DNA of 63,568 nt, counting the filler, from Hausera hauseri (Eukaryota): NCBI GenBank assembly GCA_046269625.1. It is 10 parts of 10 records of this genome, joined end to end, with 100 filler letters (N's around TTAATTAATTAA, not from the genome) between each part and the next. Parts side by side here need not be neighbours in the genome. Positions count along the whole stretch, not along the records: positions 10,977 to 26,976 come from JBJURY010344378.1; positions 27,077 to 31,230 come from JBJURY010731434.1; positions 31,331 to 36,009 come from JBJURY010478465.1; positions 36,110 to 43,981 come from JBJURY010899427.1; 6 more parts are not named here. The stretch is one strand, 5' to 3'. Positions 25,130 to 38,494 of the stretch are shown here, in pieces. Numbering within the stretch: the stretch's first letter is position 1; each line of letters begins with the position of its first letter. The notes under the pieces are model-generated. The model ran no database searches. It saw only the letters and a list, made by a program, of their open reading frames with translations, and was not told the origin of the DNA. The translations under genes were made by a program, and so were the position numbers.

Positions 25130-25487
25130 GGGCGGCACGGTGGCTTAGTGGGTAGCACTGTCGCCTCACAGCGAGAAGGTCCTGGGTTCGATCCCCGGGT
25201 TGGGCGATCTGGGTCCTTTCTGTGTGGAGTTTGCATGTTCTCCCCGTGTCCGCGTGGGTTTCCTCCGGGTACTCCGGTTTCCTCCCACAGTCCAAAGACA
25301 TGCTACCAGGTTAATTGGAGACACTGAATTGCCCTATAAAATGGTTTCCTCCTAGGGGGGGTTGCGTCAGGAAGGGCATCCGGTGTAAAACATGTGCCAA
25401 AACCAATGATGCGGATCATAATTGATCCGCTGTGGCGACCCCTAATCGGGATTAGCCGAAAGAAGAAGAAGAAGAAGAAGAAGAAGA
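25130..25487 (+). mobile_element. Full-length composite SINE: tRNA-derived head + V-domain + RTE-type bipartite tail + (GAA)n
   Basis: A box tggcttagtgg and B box gggttcgatcc. V core gtggagtttgcatgttctccccgtg...ctccggtttcctcccacagtccaaagacatg. Then ggttgcgtcaggaagggcatccggtgtaaaa and ccgctgtggcgacccctaa..gccgaaagaagaa, which are typical of RTE 5' and 3' ends. Confidence 0.85.
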
Positions 25488-26038
25488 TGTATACAATAAG
25501 AATAGTGTGTGTTTGTGTTTGACCAAAGTGAGCAGTGTTGTTTTATACTATAACCAAAAATAATAATATAATTATATTACCAAATAGTAAAAAGATTTTT
25601 CTTATTTCAATCTAAACATACGAATGTTATAATGTATATTCGCGGATTTACTATTATAAGAACATTTGTAATTATATATTGTATTAAATAATTGTTACAT
25701 AAGGATATAAGAAGAATGTGTGCATATTTTGTACTTTCTGAGTTGAGCCCTAAAGCCCTGCAGCAGCTTGATGTTCACACTGACACTAAAACGTCTCCGT
25801 CTCTTCTCTGCAGGCTCTTCAAAAGATGTGACTTGTGGATTACATGCTGCACCTACCAACCACAAATCCTCGCAGTAGCTGCTACATCTCTTCTGTGGAA
25901 TATGATTTGCTCATGGGGCTCGGCTATCTCAAACTTTGGGGTTCGTTACCCCAGCTTTACTGACCAGTAGGAAGGTCCATAAACGTTTAAAGCAAGTATC
26001 CTCCTCTAAGAGTCAAGTTTGAGCAAATTTTCACAAAC

Positions 26039-26569
26039 ATGGAGCCTCACTGGAGCCCAGGTTCCCATTCTTCCCCAGTTCTAATCCTGCTGCTGGCTCA
26101 AAGCTGGTTTTTCCCTGCTGCCTCCCCTCAACGAGTCCCCACGGATCCCCAGGCGGCACCGGAGTACGCTCACTCCATCCGGCTCGACGGCGACATCATC
26201 CTCGGCGGATTATTTCCCGTCCACTCACGAGGCGACCGCGGCACGCCGTGCGGCGAGCTGAAGAAAGAGAAGGGCATCCACCGCCTGGAGGCCATGATGT
26301 TTGCCATTGACCTGATCAACAAGGATCCCGAACTGCTGCCCAACATTACGCTGGGGGCCCGGATCTTGGATACCTGCTCCAGGGACACGTACGCGCTGGA
26401 GCAGTCCCTGACGTTCGTGCAGGCCCTGATCGAAAGGGACGGCTCGGACGTGCGCTGCGCCAACGGGGACCCTCCCATCTTCACCAAGCCTGATAAAATC
26501 GTAGGGGTGATCGGAGCCGCGTCGAGCTCCGTGTCCATCATGGTGGCCAACATCCTGCGCCTCTTTAAG
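26039..26569 (+). CDS. grm8: Metabotropic glutamate receptor 8, first coding exon (signal peptide + start of the Venus flytrap domain); teleost
   Basis: [95 protein letters not shown] is GRM8-like among group III receptors. Donor AAG|GTAAG at 26569/26570. Likely acceptor ctctgcag| at 25813. Confidence 0.9.
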
Positions 26570-28199
26570 GTAAGAAAACCACTTCTTATGTCCAATGATA
26601 GCTCGTGTCTTGGCTGGAGTGTGACCTGCTTCACTTGCTCTCTCTCCTGCTAAAAAGAACTTAATAGCATTTACAGCTCTGCTAGCCTGGACGGTAATAC
26701 AGCTAAATTAAAAATCTTCAGCACCACTCTCATACACAAACTGCATTAAAGAGGTCCTTTATTTACTTAAATTGGATTAAAACAGGCTGACTAGCCAGTA
26801 AGGCGTTATTATTCAAAATAACCTGAAACCCCTGTGTCTCCTGTGTGTGTACTGATTTGTTAGAGGTAGAATCCTGTTTTTACTTATTTATTTATTTAAT
26901 TTAAAAAAGGTGTCACTTTCCTTAGTGATGACACCTCTTCCCTCCTGCACCAGTTGTGTGCTCGCCAAATTTCCCANNNNNNNNNNNNNNNNNNNNNNNN
27001 NNNNNNNNNNNNNNNNNNNNTTAATTAATTAANNNNNNNNNNNNNNNNNNNNNNNNNNNNNNNNNNNNNNNNNNNNTTATAAAAGTTTATATAACATTTA
27101 TCTCCTTCACTCGAGAAATGAGACTTATTTTCCTTCTTTTCTGAATTTCCTGATTTTCTGTTGTCTGTCTCAATTCCTCCTCACAATCGAGTTGTGAAAT
27201 AGCCATCTGCTTTAGCAATGCCTTCATGGATGTGTAGACGAGAAGCGATATGCTTTCGTGTTGTGTAATCCTTTCACAAAAATCTGGATTTTTGCGCCGA
27301 AGTAACGTTGTTTCGATGTGTTAATTCTCATGTTTTTATCAAGCTGTGGCACATGTTCAGAATCACTCGCCGTGATTTTTTGATTGTTTTACTGGCTGAA
27401 ATTATAATCAAACGTAGACGTGGGATCCCTCTTTATGATATGCATGCTTTGATCCAAAATAGGTTCATCTGTGTCGGATGATTTTGTAACAAAATTCCGG
27501 ATTGTATTTGACATTAAAACCGGATAGTTGGTTTTATCATGTATTAAGGCCGGATTGTTGTCCATGGCTGTGTTTTAGAGACCGGATTTGGCTCGTAAAA
27601 ACATGTATATTGCTTTGATTCAGTTTGTAAAAATATTGTAACATAACGTATCTGTATGCATACCATATTTTAGCTATATACTAAGTAGGGAGAAAATGGG
27701 GATTCGCCCTCACCTCCCGCCGAAACTGCTAGAGTGAATCGATTTTGCATATATATCAATCGATAGTGTAACAGGGAAATGTCTATGACAACGGCGCCTT
27801 TCCAGTTCAATCGATTAGAAATACGATGCATTAAAAGACATTTCAAATTTGTTGGGAATTTCATGTAATTGATACATTAAAACAAATTGTTTTGGAATAT
27901 TCGGAAATCAATAAAGTTCAAATAAAAGAAATCAATACATTTGAAATTCAAATAAAAATCAATAAATTTGACATTCAAATAATTAATAAATTTAAATATT
28001 TGAACTTAAAAATCTATAATCAAAGCAGTGTGCCTTGATATGGTTATATTTTTCAGTATTTCAGAAATCATTTCCAAGAATTGTGAGTATTTCAATTGTG
28101 CTTCACAAATCATTGTGCTTTTTCCTAGAATTACAAATCGACGATATTATACGCTCCACAAAAACTTCAAAACTGCGGTTCCTATGCTTATTGCACATC

Positions 28200-30886
28200 C
28201 GCAATATTGACAGCGCTACTATTGACACACTCAACAGGATCGAATATTTTATTTGTCCAGGATGTGAGGCTGTATGTGATGGAGAATACATGCCGTTTTA
28301 TGAAGATAATATTGCCCATTTGACAGACTTCACGGCAAAGTCACAGAAGGCCATCTTTAATGAGCAACATAATGTTGATGCATCTGCTTCGCAGTATGCT
28401 GCTGGATCTTTTGATGCAGCTGTTAAGCATATTAGAGAAATGAAACGCGCAGCCGCATCAGGCACAGTAGCATCAGGCGCAGCCATATTAGGTGCAGCGG
28501 CTCCAACAAAAAGCCCAAGAGAGCAGCCATTTGATGCTACAGCATTGAAGAGCATAGTCTGCAGATATGTCATTGCAGCAACTGGTCGTACAACCCTCAA
28601 AGAGTTCCTCGTATACACAAAAAAAGAGACAGAAGAAATTCTTCAGGATAACATGGCCAAGCTCAAACCCCTTAATGTGAATATAAAACTGGAGGCCACA
28701 CACATCAATGTTCATGGCGAAGAATTCGATAGAGCCTTCAAGACCAAAATAGGTCCATATTGGAAACAACCAATATAGTAGAATGGATGTATGAGGCACA
28801 CGCGAAGCTGATACATGAAGTTGGGGAGGGCCAGGATAAGAAGAGCGGCTGGTCCCTGGCAGCCATCAAGAGATTGCTTATGTATGTGCACAAGTACTCC
28901 GCCATGCGGGGCAGTTCATATAATTAGCTCCCTGAATGGATTCGTCGGAAAAACGCATGCGTTAATGTCCATAATAATGAAAACATGGGTTTCATGTATG
29001 TCGTTCTATAAAAACTTATACAAGATCAACATAATGTCTCACGAGTTTGGCTATATAAGGATGTGCAATACAACTATGACTTTAAATGTTTTAAGTTCTC
29101 GCCATTTATTGATGAAGTCTAAATATTCCGGCGACTCAACAATATATTAAATAACATCTTTGGATTGGATGATGAGGATAAATTCTATCAGCTACAGATA
29201 TGTGATGCTGAATTGGAAGATCATAGGGATCTGCTCCTACTAGATGATGGTGAAAAGAAGCACTATGTTTTGATAAAGAACTTTTAACGTCTACTCAGAT
29301 CCCAAATTACGAAACATAAGGAAAGAATCGAAATATGCAAAGATTGTTTGTCCAATTTCAGTGGCAAGTTAGCTCTGGACAGGCTTGCAGAGCACAAAAT
29401 GTACTGCAGCAACAATTATTGTATCAGGTGAGATTTCCCCAAGGAGGACTACATTGAATTAAAGGAGTTCTAGAAGAAGGTCAAGGTCCCAATACTCATC
29501 TATTGCTACTTTGTAACTATTCCGTGTCCAGTTCAGAGTTGAAGCCCTATTCCACAACATAGAAGCACAATGATATACCAATATCATGAACTCTCATCAT
29601 ATTGTATGTATTCAAAAGGACTGGACAGTGAACCATATCTATTCAAGGGTCCAGGCACAGCAGCACATTATATGAAACGATTTGAAGACGTGGCTCATAG
29701 GCTTGGAGACATGTTGCAGCAGAATAAGGCTCACATTAGAATGTCGAAGAAGAAAGACATCCCTATATTGGACCTGGAACCCATTGGAGATACGGGATAC
29801 ATACTGGAAATGGATGTTGAATATCCACGTAGCATTCACGCAAGGCATGAACAGCTGCTTTTCATTCCTGAGAGCAAGTCTCCGTCCCATGGAAAGCATA
29901 GAAAGCTTCTCTGTCATCTGCATAGTAGGGAGAGGTACGTAATCCACTAGATAAATCTCCAGCAAGCGGTCACGAATAGATTCCGCATCACTAAGGTCCA
30001 TCGAACCCTGCAGTTCAGCCAGTCCATGTTACTGCAGCTCTACATGGATCTCAATACGAAGCTGAGGGCTAATGCCAAGAACGATTTCGAAAAAGATCAA
30101 TTTAAACTGTATAATAACAGCGTTTATGGCAAGAAGATGGAGAATATCCGCAATAGGATTAACATCGAGTTGGCCTGTGAGTGGAAGCGAGCAAAGAAGC
30201 TCATTGCCACGCCTAATTTCAAAAGCAGCACCATATATGCGGAGAACTTTGTCAGCATCCATATGCTGAAAACATCCTTGCAATTCAGTAAGCCTATATA
30301 TGCGGGTAGCTGGTATGTGGGTGTGGCAATACCAGATCTGTCAAAGACCCTGATGTACAAATTCCACTACGATATCATGGAACCCACATTCCAGTCCATA
30401 CAGCTGATGTACATGGATATTGATATCTTCATCTATCAGATCCATACGGAGGACATCTATGCAGGCTTTGCTAAGTTAGCTCAGCATATGGATACGTCTG
30501 ACTACCCGAAGAAGCATCCGAACTATTTAATCACCAACAAGAAGGTCCTTGGGAAATTCAAAGACGAGGTGAATGGGGCGATCATCTCGCGGTTTGTTGC
30601 ACTGCGGAGCAAAATGTATGCAATCGATGTACGTGGCCAGGTAAAGAAGCGGGCTAAAAGAGTTCAAGGGACGATCTTAGCCACGAATATCACTTTTGTA
30701 AATTATGTGAAAGTTCTGCACGAGCAGACTCACATAATATCAGAGATGTGCAGTATCCAATCTAGGGCTCATAGCATTAAGACAGCAACACTGCATAAAA
30801 AGAGCCTAAATTGGAAAGATGACAAGAGACAGATCCTGGATGATGGAATAAGCACAATACCTCACGGGCATGCTGCATTAATGTGA
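28200..30886 (+). pseudogene. Polinton/Maverick protein-primed family B DNA polymerase (pPolB), frameshifted and internally deleted
   Basis: N-terminal CPGC zinc-finger-like motif; RAFKTK; SGWSLAAIKRL..KYSAMRGSSY.LPEWI..KNACVNV; GYILEMDVEYP..H..H; motif B FKLYNNSVYGK; KPIYAG..DLSK.LMY.FHY; motif C YMDID (from YMDTDS); KKVLGKFKDE..FVALRSKMY; KKSL..DDKR. Confidence 0.9.
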
Positions 30887-31330
30887 ATATGTAAATATCG
30901 TTATTTTTTGTTGCATCAATAAATCTTATATAAAAATATCGTGTTGCCTTCTTGATTAAGTAATGTGGGATATAGAATAAGACCAAATAACACTAATTAA
31001 AAACTATATAGGCCAAGGAAAAACTATGCAAGCATTTTTGTAACACATTTATTTCATGACAACATAACTTTGGCATAACGATGAACACATTTTATAAGCA
31101 CAATGTGACCCATGTTCACTATAAATACACGTAATGCTCTTTCGTATAGCTTCAAATTTGCCACATTCATATGCACATATTCGTAAGTATGAAAATGCAC
31201 TGTTAAATACCTTCTTCCTTCACCCATCATNNNNNNNNNNNNNNNNNNNNNNNNNNNNNNNNNNNNNNNNNNNNTTAATTAATTAANNNNNNNNNNNNNN
31301 NNNNNNNNNNNNNNNNNNNNNNNNNNNNNN

Positions 31331-34300
31331 GAAGAAACGAAGGACTGAAAGAAAGAACGGATGAACGAAAGAAAGAACGAAAGAACAAAAGAAAGAACGA
31401 AAGAACGAACGAATGAAAGAAGGGACGAACCGAAGAATGAACGAAAGGAAGAACGACCGAACGAAAGAACGAAGGAAAGAACGAACGAACGACAGAAGTA
31501 ACGAAGAAAAGTAAGAAGGAACGATAGAACGAACGAAGGAACAAATAAACGAAAGAACAAACGAAAGAACGAACAAAGGAACGAACGAACGAAAGAACGA
31601 ACGAACAAAAGAAACAATGATTGAATGGACAAATGAAAGAACGAACGAAAGAAAGAAAAAACGAATGAATGAACCATGAAAGAACGAACGAAAGAATGAT
31701 CAAACGCACGAACGAACAAACGAATGAATGAACAAAGGAACGAACGAACAAACGAAGAAATGAATGAAAAATAATCGAAATAATAATCGAACAAACGAAT
31801 GAAAGATCGAACGAACGAACAAACGACCAAGCGAATGAAAGGATGAACGAATGAACGAATCAAAGAAAAAAATGAAAGAACAAACGAAGGAGCGAACGAA
31901 CGAAAGAACGAACGGAAGAACAAACGAAAGAATGAACAAAGAAACAAATGAACGAACGAAAAAACGAACGAAAGAAGGAACGAACGAACGAACGACAGAA
32001 AGGAAGAAGGAACGAACTAACAAACGAACAAATGAACGAACAAAAGAGCGAAAGAACCAACCAACGAACGAACGATAGAACAAAAGAAAGAACAAAGGAA
32101 CGAAAGAAGGACGAACGAAGAAACGAAGGAACGAAAGAACGAACGAATGAACGAACGAAGGAAAAAACGGAGGAAGGATCGAACTAACGAACGAACGAAT
32201 AAACGAACGAACAAACAAAAGAACGAACGAAAGAACGAACAAATGATGGAACAAAAGAACGAACGAAAGAACGTGAGAACGAACAAACGAACGAGCGAAC
32301 GAAATAACAAACGAACGAATGAAGGAGAAAACGAAGGAACCATGGAACGGAAAAACGAACGAACGAACGAAAGAACAAAAGAAGGAACGAATTATCGAAC
32401 GGACGAACGAACAAACGAAAGTACGGACGAGAGAACGAATGAATTAAAGATAGAAAGAACGAAGAAATAAAAGAAAGAACAAACGGACGAAAGAATGAAC
32501 GAACGGACGAAGGAACGAACGAAGCAACGAACGAAAGGACGAACGAACGAAAGAAGGAACGAACGAAGCAACGAAAGAACGAAAGAAAGAAAGAAAAAAC
32601 GTATAAAAGAAGGAAGAAAGCAAGGAACGAAAGAACGAACGAACAAAAGAAGGAAGGAACGAAGGAACAAACAAATGAACGAACGAAAGAATGAACGAAA
32701 GAACGAACGAAAGAACGATTGAAAGAACGAAGGAAAGAATGTCGAAAGAAAGAACGAAATAACGAATGAAGGAACGAACGACGAAAGAAGGAACGAACAA
32801 ACGAAAGACCGAACGAAGGAACGAATGAACGAAAGAAGTAACGAACGAAAAAACGGAGTAAGGAAAGAACTAACGAACGAACAAATGATCGATCGGAAGA
32901 AAGAACAAAGGAATTAACGAACGAAACAAAGTAAGAACAAACGAACGAAGGAACGAACCAACGAACGAAGGAACGAAAGAACGAACGAAGGAACGAAAGG
33001 AAGAACGAACGAAAGAAAGAAAGAAAGAACGAAAGAAGGAACGATCGAATGAAAGAATAAAAGAACAAACGAATGAAAGAAGGAAGGAACGAACAAACAA
33101 ACGAACAAATGAACGAAAAAACGAGTGAATGAACGGAGGACTGAACGAATTAAGGAATGAACAAATGAACGAACAAAAGACCGAACACAGGAATTAACGA
33201 ACGAACGAACGAACAAACGGAAGAACGAATGAATGAACGAACGAACGAGAAAACGAACGAACGAAAGAAGGAAGGAAAAAACAAACGAACGAAGGAAGGA
33301 ACGAATGAAAGAACGCAAGAACGAAAGAATGAACGAATGAACGAAAGAAAGAACGAACGAACAAAAGAACGAAAGAACGAATGAAAGAACAAACGAAAGA
33401 ACGGAGGAAGGATCGAACTAACAAACGAACGAATAAACGAAGGAACAATCGAAAGAACGAACGAAAAAAACGAACGAACGAAAGAACGGTCGAACGAAAG
33501 AAGGAGAAAAGAAAGTAACGAAGGAACGAAAACGATAGAACGAAAGAAGGTATGAAAGAACGAACGGACGAAAGAACCAATGAGCGAACGGTAGAACTCA
33601 AGAACGAACGAATGAACTAACGGACGAACGAACGAACAAAAGTACATACGAGAGAACGAATGAATGAAAGATTGAACGAACAAAGAAATAAAAGAAAGAA
33701 CAAACGAACAAAAGAAAGAATGAACGGACGAAGGAAAGAACAAAAGGACGAACGAAAGAACGAAGAAACGAACGAATAAAAGAACGATAGAAAGATAGAA
33801 TTAAGGAAGGAACAAAAGAACGAAAGAACAAAAAAAGGAAGAAACGAAGGAACGAACGAATGAACGAACGAATGAATGAAAGATTAAACGAACGAAGAAA
33901 TAAAAGAAAGAAAGAACGAACGAAAGAATGATCGAACGAAAGAACAAACAAATGAACGAAAGGACAAAAGAATGAACGAAAGAACGAACAAAAGATCGAA
34001 TGAGCGAACGAACACACGAATAAAAGAACGAAAGAACGAAAGAAAGAAGGAACAAAAAAATCATGGAAAGAACGAACGAACGAACGAACGAACGAATGAA
34101 AGAGCAAACGGAAGAATGATCGAACGATGGAAAGAACAAACGAACAAACGAACGAACGAAAAAACGAAAGAACGAACGAAAAAAGGAAGGAACGAACGAA
34201 CTAAAGAAAGAAGGAATGAACGAAGGAACGAAAGAACGAAGGAAAGTAAGGAGGAAGGAACGAACTAACGAACAAAAAAATGAACTAACGAAAGAACGAA

Positions 34301-36009
34301 AGAACCAACAACGAACTAAAGTAGAACGAACGAAAGAACAAAGGAACGAAAGAAAGAACAAAGGAAGGAACGAAGAAACAAAAGAACGAACGAATGAACG
34401 AACGAAGTAAAGAAAGAAATAACGAAGGAATAAACGAAAGAACGAACAAATGAAAGAAAGAACGAAGAAAAAAACAATCTAAAGAACGAAAGAACGAACG
34501 AACAAACGAACGAACGAATTAAAGAACGAATGAAAGAACGAACAAAAGAATGATCAAATAAAAGAAGAAAAAAACGAACGAACGAATGAAAAAACGAAAT
34601 AAAGAACGGAGAAAGGATCGAACTAACGATCGAACGAATGAACGAACGAACAAACGAAAGAAGGAACGAAAGAACGAACAAATGAAGGAACAAAGAAGAA
34701 ACGAATAAACGAACGGACAAACAAAAAAACGAAAGTACGAACGAGGGAACGAATGAATGAAAGATTGAAAAAACGAAGAAATGAAAGTAAAAAAGAAAGA
34801 ACAAAAGAATGACCAAACGGACGAAGGAACGAACGAAGGAACGAACGAAAGGACGAATGAAGGAAAAAAAGAACAAACGAACGAACGAAAGAACGAAAGT
34901 AAGTAAGAAAGAACAAAAGAAAGACGGAAGGAAGCAAGGACCGAAAGAACGAACGAACAAAAGAAGGAAGGAAGGAAGGAACAAACGAATGAACGAACGA
35001 AGGAACACACGAAGTAATAAACGAAAGAACGAACTAACGAAAGAAAGAATGAAAAAACGAAGGAAAGGTAGAAAGAAAGAATGAAAGAACGAAAGATCGG
35101 ATGAAAGATTAAAAGAACGAATGATTAAAAGAAGGAAGGAACAAATGAACGAACGAAGGAACAAACGAAAGAACGAAAGAAAGAACGAAAGAACGAAAGA
35201 ACGAATGATGGAACGAACGAAAGAATGACGAACAAAAGAAGGAAAGAACGAACGAGCGAACGCAAGAACGAAAGAAAGAAAGAAAGATCGAATGAATGAA
35301 CGAACGAAAGAAGGAACGAACGATCGAACGATCGAACGAACAAACGAAAGAACGAATGAAAGAACAAAAGAATGTACGAAGGAAAGAAAGGACGAAAGAA
35401 CGTACGATCGAACGAAAGAACGACGGAAAAAACGGAGGAAGGAACGAATTAAGGATTGAAGAATTGAACGAACGAAAGACCTAATACAGGAATTAACGAA
35501 CGAATAAACGAACGAACGAACGAACGAACGAAACGAAGAACCAACGAACGAGCGATCGAAAGAACGAAGGAACGAAATAACAAACGAAAAAACAAACGAG
35601 AGATCGAACGAATGAAAGAAAAATAAAACGAACAAAAGAATGAAAGAAAGAACGAAGGAACGAACGATAGGAAGAACGCAAGAACGAACGAATAAACGAA
35701 CGAACGAACGAACGAACGAACGAACGAAACGAAGAACCAACAAACGAGCGACCGAAAGAACGAAGGAATGAAATAACGAACAAAAAAACAAATGAGAAAT
35801 CGAACGAATGAAAGAACAAAAGAACGAACAAAAGAATGAAAAAAAGAAGGAACGAACGAATAAAAGAACGAAAGAAAGAAGGAAGGAAGGAAGGAACGAA
35901 AGAACGAACGAACAAAAACAGGAAGAAACGAAGGACTCAACGAACGAAGGACCAAACGAACAAATGAAGGAATGAACGAAAGAACGAACGAAAGAAACAA
36001 ATAACGAAC
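31331..36009 (+). repeat. Degenerate (GAAC/GAAA/GAAT)n simple satellite, 4.7 kb
   Basis: The entire contig is a purine-rich GAAN tetramer array. All ORFs here are artefacts (SFVR/NERT repeats). Confidence 0.97.
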
Positions 36010-36816
36010 NNNNNNNNNNNNNNNNNNNNNNNNNNNNNNNNNNNNNNNNNNNNTTAATTAATTAANNNNNNNNNNNNNNNNNNNNNNNNNNNNNNNNNNN
36101 NNNNNNNNNGAAGTGTGTGAATTTCAAATAGATACCTATAGCCTTAAAAAAGAACTCAATGACACTGAGATAAGGTGGATATTCAATCCGCCCGCAACCC
36201 CTCATTTTGGGGGAGTCTATGAAGTTATGATCAAATCAATAAAAGGCTCACAAAATAAATTACTCCCGGAGACCTTCTTGACAGACAAAGAGCAGGAAAC
36301 ATTACTAATAGAGATCGAAGGAATAACGAACATTCGGCCACTAATAAGAGCCGCTGATGACTGCAAAAATGATGTCATACTGTCTGCAAACCATTTTATA
36401 ATAGCTAGACACAACGGTGCAATCTATTCAGAGATAAGCGGAACGAGAAACAGCAGCTTCGCAGATAGGTGGAGATACATACAGAAGTTAGTCAACGAAT
36501 ATTGGGACCGCTGGAGAAGTGAAATCCTGTCCGAATGGCGAAATTATGAGAGAATAAAAGGAGAAAAGATAGAGCTGAAAATCGGATACAAAGTGCGGCT
36601 GTTGGAGAAAAATAAAAAGTAAATCACTGGCCAGTCACAGAAATAACGAAGGTTTGCCCTGGGGTGGACAACGTCATAAGGGTTGTAGAGATAAGATTGA
36701 ACGGGAAACATGTAAAAGGCCAGTGCATAAGTTATGCAGAATAGAAAATGAATTGAATTGGATGGATACCGTATAGGATGTATCCGTGAGACGGATGACT
36801 TCAAGGAGGGGGGAAA

Positions 36817-38470
36817 TGTTGGGACCCTATTGTTAGTTGTGGAATCCGGCAAAAGTCCGATCAGAATTCGAAATTAAGGTAAAGAGGAAGGTATGTGTGT
36901 ATATAGAATGTATGTGTGTATGTATAGGAATGAAAACGGGTATGTTGGTATTATATATATTGTACACAATATTTTATGTTTATTTTGTTAAAATTGTGTG
37001 TGTGAGATCCGGTTGAAAAAAGAGGAGTTTGATTGGAAAATGTAAATATATGTGGAATGTGAAATTGAATTATGAATTATTTAATCGCGACGCAATTCCT
37101 GTAGACGTCCATGGAGTCGGAGAAAGGAGAGGCTGTGTATCGGTAGTTGTATACGTGTGTGTCTATAATGTATATTCACATAGGTGGAGAAAGAAATGAT
37201 GTAAGTGAAAATTTATTGCAAATTGATAGAATAAAAGGAATTTAAAATTTAAATTTTTTGAATTTGAGAGATTTCTGCTATGATTAATCAGCCAAAGCAG
37301 AGCTATATATGATTATTAAAAATCAGTATCTGCAGATTAAATTCCAAAGGAGAATAGAGTATTGAAAGTCTATGAAAACGGATAAAGAGTCAATTTAGAA
37401 TTGAGTTTCGTGTGACAATAATGAAGACATTCATTCTAATATCTGAAAAATTGTTGACTTGGAAATTATCACACTCTACTGGTAGAGATATCGCGATATG
37501 CTTCTTCTATGCTAGCAATGTAAATGACGCTATGAGAAACGTTGAGGAATTGATGGGTGATGACAAACAAATCGATGTGTTGTTGAAGTCTGGTGATAGA
37601 TCCAGAGTCTGTAGCATTGAAATAACCTACCTTATGGATTTAAATGTGCGGACTGAACGACGAAACACATATCACAAGATAAGCAGACAAAATTAATCAA
37701 AATTATTGCTCGAACAAAGACTGATCATTGAAAGTAAAGTGAATCATCTTCTTATTCGTTCGACCGAGATGTGTAATGGGCACGAAATTTCTCAGTTGAT
37801 CTTTCAGAGATATTTCTATTATCTTCATGGTGATCTCCGTGAAAATATTTCATTAAACTCAACCGTTTTGAAACGCTCACTATGGAATCACCGATGGGTT
37901 TGGTCAATCTCGTTGGAAAATTCTCCTCTCTGACTTTTCTACGTGAAGCATAGTTATCTGTACGTTGTCGGTGGTCGTCAGAGCAAACTGGAGATGTTGT
38001 GTAGAGTTAAAGGTATTGTTCATTATAATTATTCTCGTTGCTTCCCTTTATCTTGTCTTTTGATTGTCGACAGGGGTTGCAAGCGGTGTATGGATACGTT
38101 TGTGTTTGTGATGGTGATTGATGGGGTTTGTACGGTCGTGTTGGAACTTGGGTTTGGGGTTAAGAAAGGAATTACATGTATTGTTCGGCTCAAACTAGGT
38201 GGGTTTGTAAATGGGAAAAGGGGGAATGTGACTGAAGAGGTCATGCTGGTCGGAGCGGAAATTAACTTCCCTAGGAGATACACCCTTCGGGTGATCAGAT
38301 GTGTTCGACAAAATAGGTCTATATCAAAACTAAACGGTTTGAAGGTGAATGGCCCCAGTGGGAAATCTATAAAAACATCTTTGCGTCGCGTGAATGAGGT
38401 GTTTTGTTTGAACGATGAAGCAAATAACATGGGAAGAAATTTATTATATATTTTCTGTATAAAATTTCCA
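36817..38470 (+). repeat. Single LTR of the BEL/Pao element (~1654 bp, TG...CA)
   Basis: Starts TGTT directly after the polypurine tract aaggaggggggaaa (36803-36816). Ends ...tttCCA 5 nt before the PBS. There is no second copy to confirm the boundaries. Confidence 0.7.
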
Positions 38471-38475
38471 TTATT

Positions 38476-38494
38476 TGGTAGCAGAGCGTGGTTT
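38476..38494 (+). promoter_or_regulatory. Primer-binding site complementary to initiator tRNA-Met
   Basis: tggtagcagagcgtggttt matches the complement of the metazoan tRNA-iMet 3' end (TGGTAGCAGAG..TGGTTT). Confidence 0.85.

Noticed and set aside
25130-25205. tRNA gene
   Set aside because: The A and B boxes are the head of a SINE and continue into the V-domain.
26170-26634. 154-aa antisense ORF
   Set aside because: A shadow of the GC-rich grm8 exon.
31275-36000. Many long ORFs (up to 491 aa) in the ORF track
   Set aside because: They are translations of a GAAN satellite, which has few stop codons; not genes.
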